A stretch of DNA of 64,000 bases. It comes from Acinetobacter phage Acba_11. The notes under the pieces were generated by a model, which ran no database searches, was not told the origin of the DNA, and saw only the letters and a list, made by a program, of their open reading frames with translations. The DNA lies in sequence record OQ101254.1; one strand, written 5' to 3'. Below, one piece after another: positions 1-7,759 of this stretch (position 1 is its first letter; the number at the start of each line of letters is the position of its first letter). Made by a program: the position numbers and the translations under genes.

Positions 1-1
1 G

Positions 2-190
2 CATGCGACTGAGCCTTTCACAATGAAGGATTTACGTGACTATGTGTTAGATGCACCTAACAACACTATTCAATGCTATGTCCAAGAGCTAATCAAAAGT
101 GGGTACCTAGAAAAAGATTCATATGCAACCTACAAGGCTACGCAATACGCAAAAGACATCCTGAATGTTAAAGGGGAGCTGAAAGCATGA
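2..190 (+). CDS. hypothetical protein, 5'-partial at window edge (or small ORF from ATG 23)
   Basis: Open frame from the window edge to TGA 188-190; compact operon context with the following small genes. Confidence 0.3.
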   Translation, partial: HATEPFTMKDLRDYVLDAPNNTIQCYVQELIKSGYLEKDSYATYKATQYAKDILNVKGELKA

Positions 191-363
191 ACGAATTTGT
201 AGATTACACCTCAATGATGAAGCTGCGCAGAGCGTACAACCTCGGTACTCGCAATAAAGAAACAAGAGCAGCAGCGAACCTCTACGAGAAATTAAGAAAG
301 CTGAAAATGCTAGACCAGCTTAAGCAGGAAGCCATTACTAAACGTTACAAGGAGGCGGTATGA
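187..363 (+). CDS. small hypothetical protein (58 aa)
   Basis: ATG 187 overlaps the upstream stop (ATGA). Own translation: MNEFVDYTSMMKLRRAYNLGTRNKETRAAANLYEKLRKLKMLDQLKQEAITKRYKEAV. Ends overlapping the next start. Confidence 0.3.
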   Translation: MNEFVDYTSMMKLRRAYNLGTRNKETRAAANLYEKLRKLKMLDQLKQEAITKRYKEAV

Positions 364-692
364 GTGGGTTATTTAATGTTTATAGCGCTTCGCGAACAGG
401 GCATTTAATTGAAGGTTTAACGCCATTCGAAGTGTTAAGAGATATGGATAAGAAGGGGGAATTAGTCGTTGGGGGGATATTTTACAGCAGGGGGCAAGTA
501 AGAAAAGAGGGCATTGATAAATGTGCTGATCTAGTACTTATGCAAACTGATACTCCAAAAATGGAGTTTGATTGGAGTTCCAAGTACCTAAAGGTGTTCT
601 TTTTTCAGCTTGAGAGTTCCAGGCCAATAGTTATTACACAGGATCTCTTAGATGCCTATGCCATCGTTAAACGTGACGGAGAACAACAATGA
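360..692 (+). CDS. hypothetical phage early/nin-region protein
   Basis: Track ORF; translationally coupled (ATGA overlaps) with its neighbours. Confidence 0.5.
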   Translation: MSGLFNVYSASRTGHLIEGLTPFEVLRDMDKKGELVVGGIFYSRGQVRKEGIDKCADLVLMQTDTPKMEFDWSSKYLKVFFFQLESSRPIVITQDLLDAYAIVKRDGEQQ

Positions 693-1063
693 AACCAGAA
701 CATTTTATTCGTGAGCAAGGATTGGATAAGGCGCGAGAGGTTGTTGCTGCTTCTGCCAATGCTTTAGTGCAATGCAGTGATGGCACAACGTTTCATGTGA
801 ATGATCTAAAGCGTCTAGTGGAGTCAGCAGACCTTATTGAATCACTTGGGGGCTATGAAGCTGCTGTTAATGAGTTGTACCACCAGAAAGATCAACATGC
901 GTGGGAACACAAATTAGGTCATGGAGAGGTTTTCGCTCATCCATGTTGGGAGTGGGATGACGTGATGCGTTTGGATCAAGCAATTAAGGATGATGAAGCA
1001 ATTTATGCATTAGGCATCGAAAGCAAAGACCACGAATCAATATACGGAGGCGGGGATGAGTAA
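689..1063 (+). CDS. hypothetical phage protein
   Basis: Track ORF, start overlaps the upstream stop. Confidence 0.5.
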   Translation: MKPEHFIREQGLDKAREVVAASANALVQCSDGTTFHVNDLKRLVESADLIESLGGYEAAVNELYHQKDQHAWEHKLGHGEVFAHPCWEWDDVMRLDQAIKDDEAIYALGIESKDHESIYGGGDE

Positions 1064-1201
1064 TAAAAAAGACACTCCAGATGGCGCTACACACTTCTTT
1101 ACTTCGTTGGGTGGTCAAACAAGATTCTTCAAAATAGAAAGCGGCAATCTAATGTGTTGGTACGAAGAACTAGGCGCTTGGAAACATCCGGCAGCTTCTA
1201 A

Positions 1202-1486
1202 TTGGCTTATGAAAAATATAAAGGTGATTCCGTGAGTAGTAGAAAAATTAGATCAGAACTCAAGAAGAAAGGGATTCCCGCAGAAGTTCATTGGGAATAC
1301 ATGTCTGATTGTTATGGTGGTGGTGGTGCTTACTTTATTGACATAGACGCCGATACTGAAAACAAACTCTTAGATGCGGACCCTGATTGTGAGCCACAAC
1401 TCGATGTTGGGTATGCAGAGAGCCTTGAAGAAGCTTTGGAGTTTATTGATCAATTGCCAAGTTTAAAAGGAGCCAGCCATGCGTGA
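1202..1486 (+). CDS. hypothetical phage protein
   Basis: Track ORF, same-strand operon. Confidence 0.45.
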   Translation: MAYEKYKGDSVSSRKIRSELKKKGIPAEVHWEYMSDCYGGGGAYFIDIDADTENKLLDADPDCEPQLDVGYAESLEEALEFIDQLPSLKGASHA

Positions 1487-1811
1487 TTTTAAAGAGTTTG
1501 AACGTGGTGACTGGGTTGTCTTTGATACTTCAAAGCCATATTGCCGTTTACTGCCACCTTGCTTAATGAAATTTATTCAGATTGAAGACGGTGATGCTGT
1601 AGTTGAATCACAAGGCCGATGGAGCTTAGTAAGCCTGGCTGCGTTAAAACCTGCGTCAGAAGATGACATTGAAGCAGGCCACCGCATTGATAAACCCTCG
1701 AATTCAAGGGAATTAGAAATCCTAGACAAGCCAGAAAACCACATTTCGCCTAACTGCAAAGTAACTGAGGCGCACATTAACGAGGCTGACAAGCTCAATA
1801 GATTGGGGTGA
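1479..1811 (+). CDS. hypothetical phage protein
   Basis: Track ORF overlapping the previous stop; preferred over antisense ORF 1577-2167. Confidence 0.5.
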   Translation: MRDFKEFERGDWVVFDTSKPYCRLLPPCLMKFIQIEDGDAVVESQGRWSLVSLAALKPASEDDIEAGHRIDKPSNSRELEILDKPENHISPNCKVTEAHINEADKLNRLG

Positions 1812-1814
1812 AGA

Positions 1815-2225
1815 ATGGATAAGTGTAGAGAAGAGTTTGAAAAGCAAAGGTACTGGATAGGGCTATTTAGAGCAGATGTCGACTTTGATGTGACTCTTGG
1901 GGAATTTGGAAGATATGTTTCAAATGGTTCAAGAAGAGTTGATGCAATGTGCTTGGAGTCATTTAACGAAAAATGGGAAGCATGGGCCAATGCATGGCAG
2001 TCACAGCAAGCGAAAGTGGAGGAGCTGCAAACCCTATATACCCAACAAGGAATAAACATGTTGAAGATGCAAAAGCGGGTGGATGCAGTAATTATCGAAA
2101 TTGAAAATATGTATTTATCAGGTGCCATTGGTTTTGACACGGTTAAGAAGTTAGAGCAAGCGCTCAAGGGGGATCAATACGATGAACATCGCAAGAAAGC
2201 AGAAGAGGCCATCTCAGAGAAATGA
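1815..2225 (+). CDS. hypothetical phage protein
   Basis: Track ORF. Confidence 0.5.
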   Translation: MDKCREEFEKQRYWIGLFRADVDFDVTLGEFGRYVSNGSRRVDAMCLESFNEKWEAWANAWQSQQAKVEELQTLYTQQGINMLKMQKRVDAVIIEIENMYLSGAIGFDTVKKLEQALKGDQYDEHRKKAEEAISEK

Positions 2226-2458
2226 CTAGACCGCAAAACGACACTTTGGAAAACATGAATCCAGCGTGTGTTCCTTGTAATACAAACAAGTCGTCTATGC
2301 CCTTGGAAGGGTGGCGGAGGATGCTCACACATTATCGTGATGTTCAGTTGTTACGAGATAGCACACATGCTCGTCATTTACTACGTTTTGGGCTGATTGA
2401 AATCAAATCTGAGCCTGTGAAGTTTTTCTTTGAGAGTTATAAAGAGGGCCAGTCATGA
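2222..2458 (+). CDS. HNH-endonuclease-like small protein (C-terminal HNH motif only)
   Basis: Motif NPACVPCNTNKS resembles the N...CxxCNxxK half of the HNH ββα-metal motif; the upstream His half is absent, so it may be a remnant or divergent. Confidence 0.4.
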   Translation: MTRPQNDTLENMNPACVPCNTNKSSMPLEGWRRMLTHYRDVQLLRDSTHARHLLRFGLIEIKSEPVKFFFESYKEGQS

Positions 2459-2637
2459 ATAAACCATTAGAAACTTTTGATATAGACGCAGCAAAGGCTC
2501 GCTACGAAAAATTACGAGGCCGATATAACCGGAGTGGGCTATCTAATACTGATTACAACGAGCTACTTCAATTAGAAAAGGCAATCGAGCAAGCAAAGAA
2601 AGTTAATGAAGGAGCGCCGATTGATGAGCGAAAATAA
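2455..2637 (+). CDS. hypothetical small protein
   Basis: Track ORF, coupled starts. Confidence 0.4.
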   Translation: MNKPLETFDIDAAKARYEKLRGRYNRSGLSNTDYNELLQLEKAIEQAKKVNEGAPIDERK

Positions 2638-3025
2638 GTTATCACCAAGACAGTTGGTACTCATTCGACGGGCAGCTGAAGATGCTATACATGCTTGCAA
2701 TAGACATTACGGCCCATTTGTTGACTATGTTGCTCACCCATTAAATATCATTTCATTGGTTGATATGGCGCAAGAAAGCCTACACCAGCAAGAGCTAATA
2801 AAACAAAAGGATACAGTAATAAAATTTGCTAACAGTATGGCGAATTTAGATCAACAGAAGTTCAAGGAATTACAAGAACGGATAAATCTTGCCCTGCAAC
2901 AAATACAAGGCAATTTGCAATATGTTGAGCAGGATAAGAGAGAAAACTTTGAATTTCTGCAAATGGCTATGATTCGAGCATTTAAAGAATTAGAGAAAGT
3001 GCTCAATGGTGGTGAGCCTAAATGA
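2624..3025 (+). CDS. hypothetical phage protein
   Basis: Track ORF 2606-3025. Start refined to ATG 2624 (MSENK...) because GAAGGAG lies 8 nt upstream. Confidence 0.5.
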   Translation: MSENKLSPRQLVLIRRAAEDAIHACNRHYGPFVDYVAHPLNIISLVDMAQESLHQQELIKQKDTVIKFANSMANLDQQKFKELQERINLALQQIQGNLQYVEQDKRENFEFLQMAMIRAFKELEKVLNGGEPK

Positions 3026-3429
3026 CATCGATGAGTTTAGCGGATTATCACTCTAAATTTCCAAACGGCCATAAAGCTAAAAAGGGCCGTAATAAATTTA
3101 ATGCTTCAAAAGTCACATTAGATGGGATGACTTTCGACAGCAAAAAAGAACTCAAGCGATATATCGAACTTAAAGCCATGCAGCAACGCGGTGAAATCTT
3201 TGGATTAGAGCACCATGCAAAATTTGAATTGGCTCCTAAAACTAAGATAGAGGGGGAAAAGAGAACAAAGCCGGCACTTAGATATTTTGCTGATTTTACT
3301 TACTACCTCATCAATGGCGAGTACATCGTTGAGGACGTTAAGTCTATTGCTACTAGGAAATTACCTAGTTATCGCAATAAGAAACATTTAATGAAAACTG
3401 TACACGGTATTGATATTAGAGAGGTTTGA
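3022..3429 (+). CDS. DUF1064-like phage protein (putative Holliday-junction resolvase-like, nin region)
   Basis: ~135 aa; FDSKKELKRYIEL and basic N-terminus typical of DUF1064 proteins in the nin-type region; recalled from memory. Confidence 0.55.
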   Translation: MTSMSLADYHSKFPNGHKAKKGRNKFNASKVTLDGMTFDSKKELKRYIELKAMQQRGEIFGLEHHAKFELAPKTKIEGEKRTKPALRYFADFTYYLINGEYIVEDVKSIATRKLPSYRNKKHLMKTVHGIDIREV

Positions 3430-3438
3430 GAAAAGTTT

Positions 3439-3723
3439 ATGAGCGACATTGAAACGGTAGGCTGGACGGCAGATAAGCGGTTTTTCATATTAAAAATTAA
3501 TATGGAAACGAGTTTGACTACAGATGATTGTGAGGTTTTAGCAGGATTGTTTGTTGAAAAATATAGTCTGGAATTTTCAGGCTGCCAGTTTCATGGAAAG
3601 CTCGCAGTGATATGTGGAGATAAAGTTTACGTGAATCCTTGGGCGCTTGATCAAGAAGCAAGTGTAGATGAACCAGTTGAGGAACTGTCATTTAGTGAGT
3701 TCCAAACGTTATTGAATAATTAA
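3439..3723 (+). CDS. hypothetical phage protein
   Basis: Track ORF with RBS GAGAGG. Confidence 0.5.
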   Translation: MSDIETVGWTADKRFFILKINMETSLTTDDCEVLAGLFVEKYSLEFSGCQFHGKLAVICGDKVYVNPWALDQEASVDEPVEELSFSEFQTLLNN

Positions 3724-3744
3724 GGTATAGGGGGTGCTTATCTT

Positions 3745-4308
3745 ATGACTACAGTTGTAATGGATTGGTCAAGATTTTCTATTTTTGAATGGTTCGTTTG
3801 TGGCTTAAACCCGAAATCACCTTCATTTGGTGCTGCGAACGTTAGATGTACTGATGGGAGGTCAATAGACTTTCATGACAAATTAGGGGTGGTAGCTGCA
3901 ATGGGTGATCAACTAACAAAATCAGTTGCAATGGTCATTATGACCGAAGGAAAGTCCCAACGGGATTATGAATATGTTCGCAATCATTTAGCTAAAATAA
4001 TGATTGATGGAGCAGAGAAAGATAAAAGAAGAGAGCCTAAGGGGATAGCTATTTACCACTTAGCTTGGTTAATTGCTCGTATTGTTATTGATTTTGCTTT
4101 AGATCCCGAATTAGAAAACGCACATAAGGATCCTGGTCGACTTGTTTATGCCGGCATTAGAAGTTTCCAAATGGATCCGGAGGTATACCGCAAAACATGG
4201 AAACGATACGAAGATATGATGATTGCCGCGCTTAATGAAGAAATTTTAAAAGCTACTGTAATCGCTGAACGCTATAAGAAAGAAACCTTAAATGAAGCAA
4301 GAAATTAG
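3745..4308 (+). CDS. hypothetical protein, last gene before the terminator-rich late region (positional candidate for a late regulator)
   Basis: Track ORF; position analogous to lambda Q; no convincing motif. Confidence 0.5.
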   Translation: MTTVVMDWSRFSIFEWFVCGLNPKSPSFGAANVRCTDGRSIDFHDKLGVVAAMGDQLTKSVAMVIMTEGKSQRDYEYVRNHLAKIMIDGAEKDKRREPKGIAIYHLAWLIARIVIDFALDPELENAHKDPGRLVYAGIRSFQMDPEVYRKTWKRYEDMMIAALNEEILKATVIAERYKKETLNEARN

Positions 4309-4426
4309 TTTCCACTTTTGTGCTATTTGAGGTATAGTTTTATTAAATTGGTCGAAGTATAAATTAGACCAAATTGCATTTAAAAGCTCATCTAAACAGG
4401 TGGGCTTTTTTATGGCCTCATTAAAA

Positions 4427-4458
4427 GCTCGGGTCCTTAAGGATACCGAGTTTTTTTA
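4427..4458 (+). terminator. rho-independent terminator
   Basis: Stem CTCGG...CCGAG followed by T7. Confidence 0.55.
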
Positions 4459-4488
4459 TTTTTAGTCTTAATTCTAGGAATAAACAGC

Positions 4489-4719
4489 ATGACTATGACA
4501 AACGCTGAATTAGAGAATGAAATCAAAGCTCTAAAAACTCAAATTACATCTCTTCAAGGAACTGTTAGCAATAAAGCTGATGCTACAGCAGTAAGTGCTT
4601 TGAATGCCCGAGTTACTAGTGTGGAAGGTGTAAATACAAGCCAAGGTAATTCAATCACTACTTTGAATAATGGCTTAAATGCAGTTTCGACACGTGTTAC
4701 TGCATTAGAAAATAAATAA
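4489..4719 (+). CDS. free-standing 76-aa coiled-coil protein homologous to the repeat unit of the giant tail fibre
   Basis: SQGNSITTLNNGLNAVSTRVTALE and KADATAVSALNARVTSVEG match the 3489-aa protein's repeats (TSQGNSITQLNNSVTSING...KADATALNALTNRVSTAEG). Own RBS AGGA; flanked by terminators. Confidence 0.5.
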   Translation: MTMTNAELENEIKALKTQITSLQGTVSNKADATAVSALNARVTSVEGVNTSQGNSITTLNNGLNAVSTRVTALENK

Positions 4720-4727
4720 ATAAAAAA

Positions 4728-4757
4728 CTCGGTCCCAAATGGAGACCGAGTTTTTTT
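4728..4757 (+). terminator. rho-independent terminator (A-run upstream, T-run downstream; possibly bidirectional)
   Basis: Stem CTCGGTC/GACCGAG followed by T7. Confidence 0.6.
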
Positions 4758-4904
4758 ATATCGAGTAAAACCGGGGACGAAGTACTGCGGTAACAGCACT
4801 TCGACCTCCTGACAGATGTAGCCTGCCAAAAGCCAAGCCCAGCTATCGTGCACACGATTTGCGAAGGCTATCAAAAATATAAGCTTTTGCACAGGAAAAT
4901 TTTT

Positions 4905-5675
4905 ATGAAATCAAAACCAATAATTCCATGGCAAGGTGGTAAAACCCGTTTGGCTAAGGATTTGTTGTGTAAGTTCCCAGAACATTCATGTTATGTGGAA
5001 TTATTTTGTGGTGGAGCAGCATTATTCTTCTTAAGAGAAGGACCAGCAAGAACTGAAGTAATAAATGATCTGAATGACGAGTTGGTAAATCTGTACCGGG
5101 TAGTGCAGAACCATTTAGAAGAATTTGTGCGTCAATTCAAATGGTGCATTTCAAGTCGCCAGATTTTTGAATGGGAAAAACTAAAAGTACCAGACACACT
5201 AACGGATATTCAGCGAGCTGCAAGATTTTATTACCTTCAGCAACATGCGTTTGGTGGTAAGGTTTCTGGGCAGACATTTGGATATGCAACAACAGGCCGC
5301 TCTTTAAATCTCTTGCGGATAGAGGAAAGTTTAAGTGCAGCACATTTGCGTTTGAATGGAGTCTATATTGAAAACCTGTCCTGGGATATTTGCTTTGATA
5401 AGTATGACCGGGAACATACATTTTTTTATGCTGATCCGCCGTATCTAGATACAGCAGGTTATGGAGTAGATTTTCCATTAGATCAGTATGAACTTCTTTC
5501 TGAAAAGATGAAGACTTGCAAAGGGAAGGTAATGCTATCAATTAATGATCATGAAAAGATTCGTGAAATCTTTAAAGGTTTTAATTTTGCATGTACTTCA
5601 ATTAATTATTCTGTTGGTCGTGATTTGGCTGCTAAGAGTAAGAAAAGTAATGAGCTGATAATTATGAATTATTGA
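4905..5675 (+). CDS. dam: DNA adenine methyltransferase, D12 class (Dam family)
   Basis: Motifs PIIPWQGGKTRL (AdoMet/FxGxG-like, N-terminal) and FFYADPPYLDT (DPPY catalytic). Start refined to ATG 4905 with AGGA RBS. Confidence 0.85.
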   Translation: MKSKPIIPWQGGKTRLAKDLLCKFPEHSCYVELFCGGAALFFLREGPARTEVINDLNDELVNLYRVVQNHLEEFVRQFKWCISSRQIFEWEKLKVPDTLTDIQRAARFYYLQQHAFGGKVSGQTFGYATTGRSLNLLRIEESLSAAHLRLNGVYIENLSWDICFDKYDREHTFFYADPPYLDTAGYGVDFPLDQYELLSEKMKTCKGKVMLSINDHEKIREIFKGFNFACTSINYSVGRDLAAKSKKSNELIIMNY

Positions 5676-5723
5676 TCTCATAATTTGGTTTAAAAGTTTG
5701 CCGTAATAATTGCGGCGCAAACG

Positions 5724-5760
5724 GCCCCTCTAAAAAATGGTTATTGGAGGGGCTTTTTCT
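5724..5760 (+). terminator. rho-independent terminator
   Basis: Stem GCCCCTC...GAGGGGC followed by T5. Confidence 0.55.
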
Positions 5761-5782
5761 TTTTGGAGAAATAAAAGTGCGT

Positions 5783-5980
5783 ATGAGCCGATTATTACTA
5801 GCCACAACTGCTGGATTAATGGCCTTAAATACAAAACTAAGTGTTTTAAGCGCCTTGGTTGCATCATGTGGACACGCATCACCTTTGAGCTGTAAGGCAA
5901 ATACAGTAAAGAGTAAACCTAACAAACTAAGTCAAAAGAAAAAACGCCTTATTGCTCGTCGTCTTAATAAACATAAGTGA
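5783..5980 (+). CDS. small basic protein with N-terminal hydrophobic segment (hypothetical)
   Basis: MSRLLLATTAGLMALNT... then a K/R-rich tail. Confidence 0.35.
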   Translation: MSRLLLATTAGLMALNTKLSVLSALVASCGHASPLSCKANTVKSKPNKLSQKKKRLIARRLNKHK

Positions 5981-5989
5981 GCTGGATAA

Positions 5990-6163
5990 ATGGACAAAAA
6001 CGAAGCTAAAAAAAATCTGGATAAATATTCACAGGAACTTGAGCGTTATCAAAATCTCTCCAGATCGGGTCTTAGCCGTGATGAAATGTTAGTTATCGAT
6101 AGAATAATTCTTAGATTAAAAAAGCAAGTTAATAATTTACGGACGGCCTTATATGGACAGTAA
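5990..6163 (+). CDS. small hypothetical protein (57 aa)
   Basis: Own translation: MDKNEAKKNLDKYSQELERYQNLSRSGLSRDEMLVIDRIILRLKKQVNNLRTALYGQ. Overlaps the next start. Confidence 0.35.
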   Translation: MDKNEAKKNLDKYSQELERYQNLSRSGLSRDEMLVIDRIILRLKKQVNNLRTALYGQ

Positions 6164-6620
6164 CGATTATTTTTGGCTTACAAGAAAAAAAGAACCAAGA
6201 ACAAAACCAAAAAGCCGCCCATTACCCAAAGCAACTCAAAAATACCTAGAAGCTGAAGAAGAATTTATTCATGCATTAGATGTGCTTGAAATCAAATATG
6301 AAAAGAAATTTAAGTTTAAATCTACAAAACATTGGCGATTTGATTTTCATTTAATTGAACATCGTATTCTGGTCGAAATTGCGGGTGGTCCATGGTCAGG
6401 TGGTCGAAAAGGTAAGCTCAAAGATAAAGCTTGGAGTATGGATCGATACGATGATGCTGAAGCAATGGGATATACGGTTGTTCGGTTAGAGGCAGCACCA
6501 AGTTTTAAAATTAATGAATCTGGCCCGTTACAGATACAAGCTCATTTTGCTAGTCAGTGGCTTAAAAACTTAAAGAGGCAAATATTTAATGGATCAGATC
6601 AGACCGTTTCCACCAACTGA
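6153..6620 (+). CDS. conserved phage protein with DUF559/Vsr-like endonuclease-fold signature (copy 1)
   Basis: RFDFHLIEHRILVEIAGGPWSGG...DRYDDAEAMGYTVVRL resembles the DUF559 'DF...IE.DG...R...G..V.R' core. Paralogue at 18613. Confidence 0.55.
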   Translation: MDSNDYFWLTRKKEPRTKPKSRPLPKATQKYLEAEEEFIHALDVLEIKYEKKFKFKSTKHWRFDFHLIEHRILVEIAGGPWSGGRKGKLKDKAWSMDRYDDAEAMGYTVVRLEAAPSFKINESGPLQIQAHFASQWLKNLKRQIFNGSDQTVSTN

Positions 6621-7230
6621 TTTTATTGATCAAGCTGAAGAAGAGGAAGCAATTCGTTTAATACCGGCTCCAGACCTAAAAAAATGGGTTGTGGCTAATT
6701 ACTTAACGATTGGTGGGCCTCTTTATAATCCAGATCATGATCATATTGCTGAGTTACTTCATGATAATGAAGAGTTCTTGGCATTTGCTTGGGCCTCTTC
6801 TGCATATAAAAGCAAGCAGGCGATGGTGCTGGGGCAGTGTGAAAAAGTAATGTTTAACGTCGGTGGCTGGCGTAAAGCTAGACAAGAGCAACAGATGCGT
6901 GACTGGTTCGGTTTTGTGCCAACATACTTAATAACTGTCGACGCTTCTTTCTGTGAGCGTGCAAACGATACAGAGTTCTGTTATTTGCTTGAACATGAGC
7001 TTTACCACATTGGAGTGATGAGAGACGAGGACGGAGAAATTGTTTATAGCGATAGTTCTGGTCTGCCTAAGCACTATCTTGCTGGTCATGACGTTGAAGA
7101 GTTTATTGGCGTAGTTAAACGGTGGGGACCAAGTAAGAATGTTAAGCGACTTATTGAGGTCGCAAAAAATCCGCCGTTTGTTTCTGATTTAGATATTGCG
7201 AGATGCTGCGGGAACTGTGTAATCAATTGA
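6589..7230 (+). CDS. putative phage metallopeptidase-like protein (HExxH), copy 1
   Basis: HELYH motif; conserved position just upstream of terS in both copies; C-terminal CCGNC. Confidence 0.55.
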   Translation: MDQIRPFPPTDFIDQAEEEEAIRLIPAPDLKKWVVANYLTIGGPLYNPDHDHIAELLHDNEEFLAFAWASSAYKSKQAMVLGQCEKVMFNVGGWRKARQEQQMRDWFGFVPTYLITVDASFCERANDTEFCYLLEHELYHIGVMRDEDGEIVYSDSSGLPKHYLAGHDVEEFIGVVKRWGPSKNVKRLIEVAKNPPFVSDLDIARCCGNCVIN

Positions 7231-7250
7231 GCCTTATGGCTCTTTTTTTT
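7229..7250 (+). terminator. rho-independent terminator
   Basis: Stem GAGCC ttat GGCTC followed by T8. Confidence 0.55.
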
Positions 7251-7261
7251 GTCCTGTTTGC

Positions 7262-7278
7262 TGTACGTAGCTGTACGA
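7262..7278 (+). promoter_or_regulatory. direct repeat TGTACG-TAG-C-TGTACG upstream of terS; candidate late promoter/regulator site
   Basis: TGTACGTAGCTGTACGA. The same pattern (TATACGTAGTTATACGA) occupies the equivalent position in copy 2. Confidence 0.4.
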
Positions 7279-7288
7279 AGGGGAATTT

Positions 7289-7759
7289 ATGGCAGCACTA
7301 AAAGAGCCTGTGAAAATATTTATTGTTCAAGCTCTTGCATGCCGTGATACCCCTCAAGAAGTGGTTGAACAGGTCAAGCAAGAGTTTGGAGTTGATATTA
7401 GTCGTAGCCAATGCGAATGCTATGACCCAACAAAATATTCGGGCAGAAACTTAAGCAAGAAGTTTGTTGAGCTTTTTGAATTAACCAGAGAGAAGTTTGA
7501 TAAAGGCTTAATTGATATTCCTATTGCTAATAAGTACTACCGACTGAAGCAATACCAAAGACAGCTTGAGAAGACTAGAAACGTCAAAACAGCCTTAAAA
7601 ATTCTTGAGCAAGCCGCTAAAGACATTGGTGGTCAATTTACTAATCGTCAAGAAATTACAGGCAAAGACGGCGGACCAGTTCAAACAGTTAATTCTGAAA
7701 TTCCAGTTCCAATGGAAGATTACTTAAAAGCGCGGAGGGAAGTCTTAGATGAGTACTGA
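7289..7759 (+). CDS. terS: terminase small subunit (DUF2280-like), copy 1
   Basis: 156 aa, immediately upstream of and overlapping terL; DUF2280 family recalled from memory. Confidence 0.55.
   Translation: MAALKEPVKIFIVQALACRDTPQEVVEQVKQEFGVDISRSQCECYDPTKYSGRNLSKKFVELFELTREKFDKGLIDIPIANKYYRLKQYQRQLEKTRNVKTALKILEQAAKDIGGQFTNRQEITGKDGGPVQTVNSEIPVPMEDYLKARREVLDEY

Noticed and set aside
1577-2167. 196-aa antisense ORF across the early-gene operon
   Set aside because: It overlaps three tightly coupled plus-strand genes, has a Ser/Cys-rich low-complexity translation and no RBS.
4755-4900. Possible structured RNA/tRNA in the 150-bp non-coding stretch before dam
   Set aside because: Only a weak 6-bp stem (CGAAGT...ACTTCG) with a 14-nt loop; no cloverleaf or conserved tRNA boxes.
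5137-5541. 134-aa antisense ORF inside the Dam methylase gene
   Set aside because: It lies inside a confidently identified Dam gene (DPPY motif) on the opposite strand.
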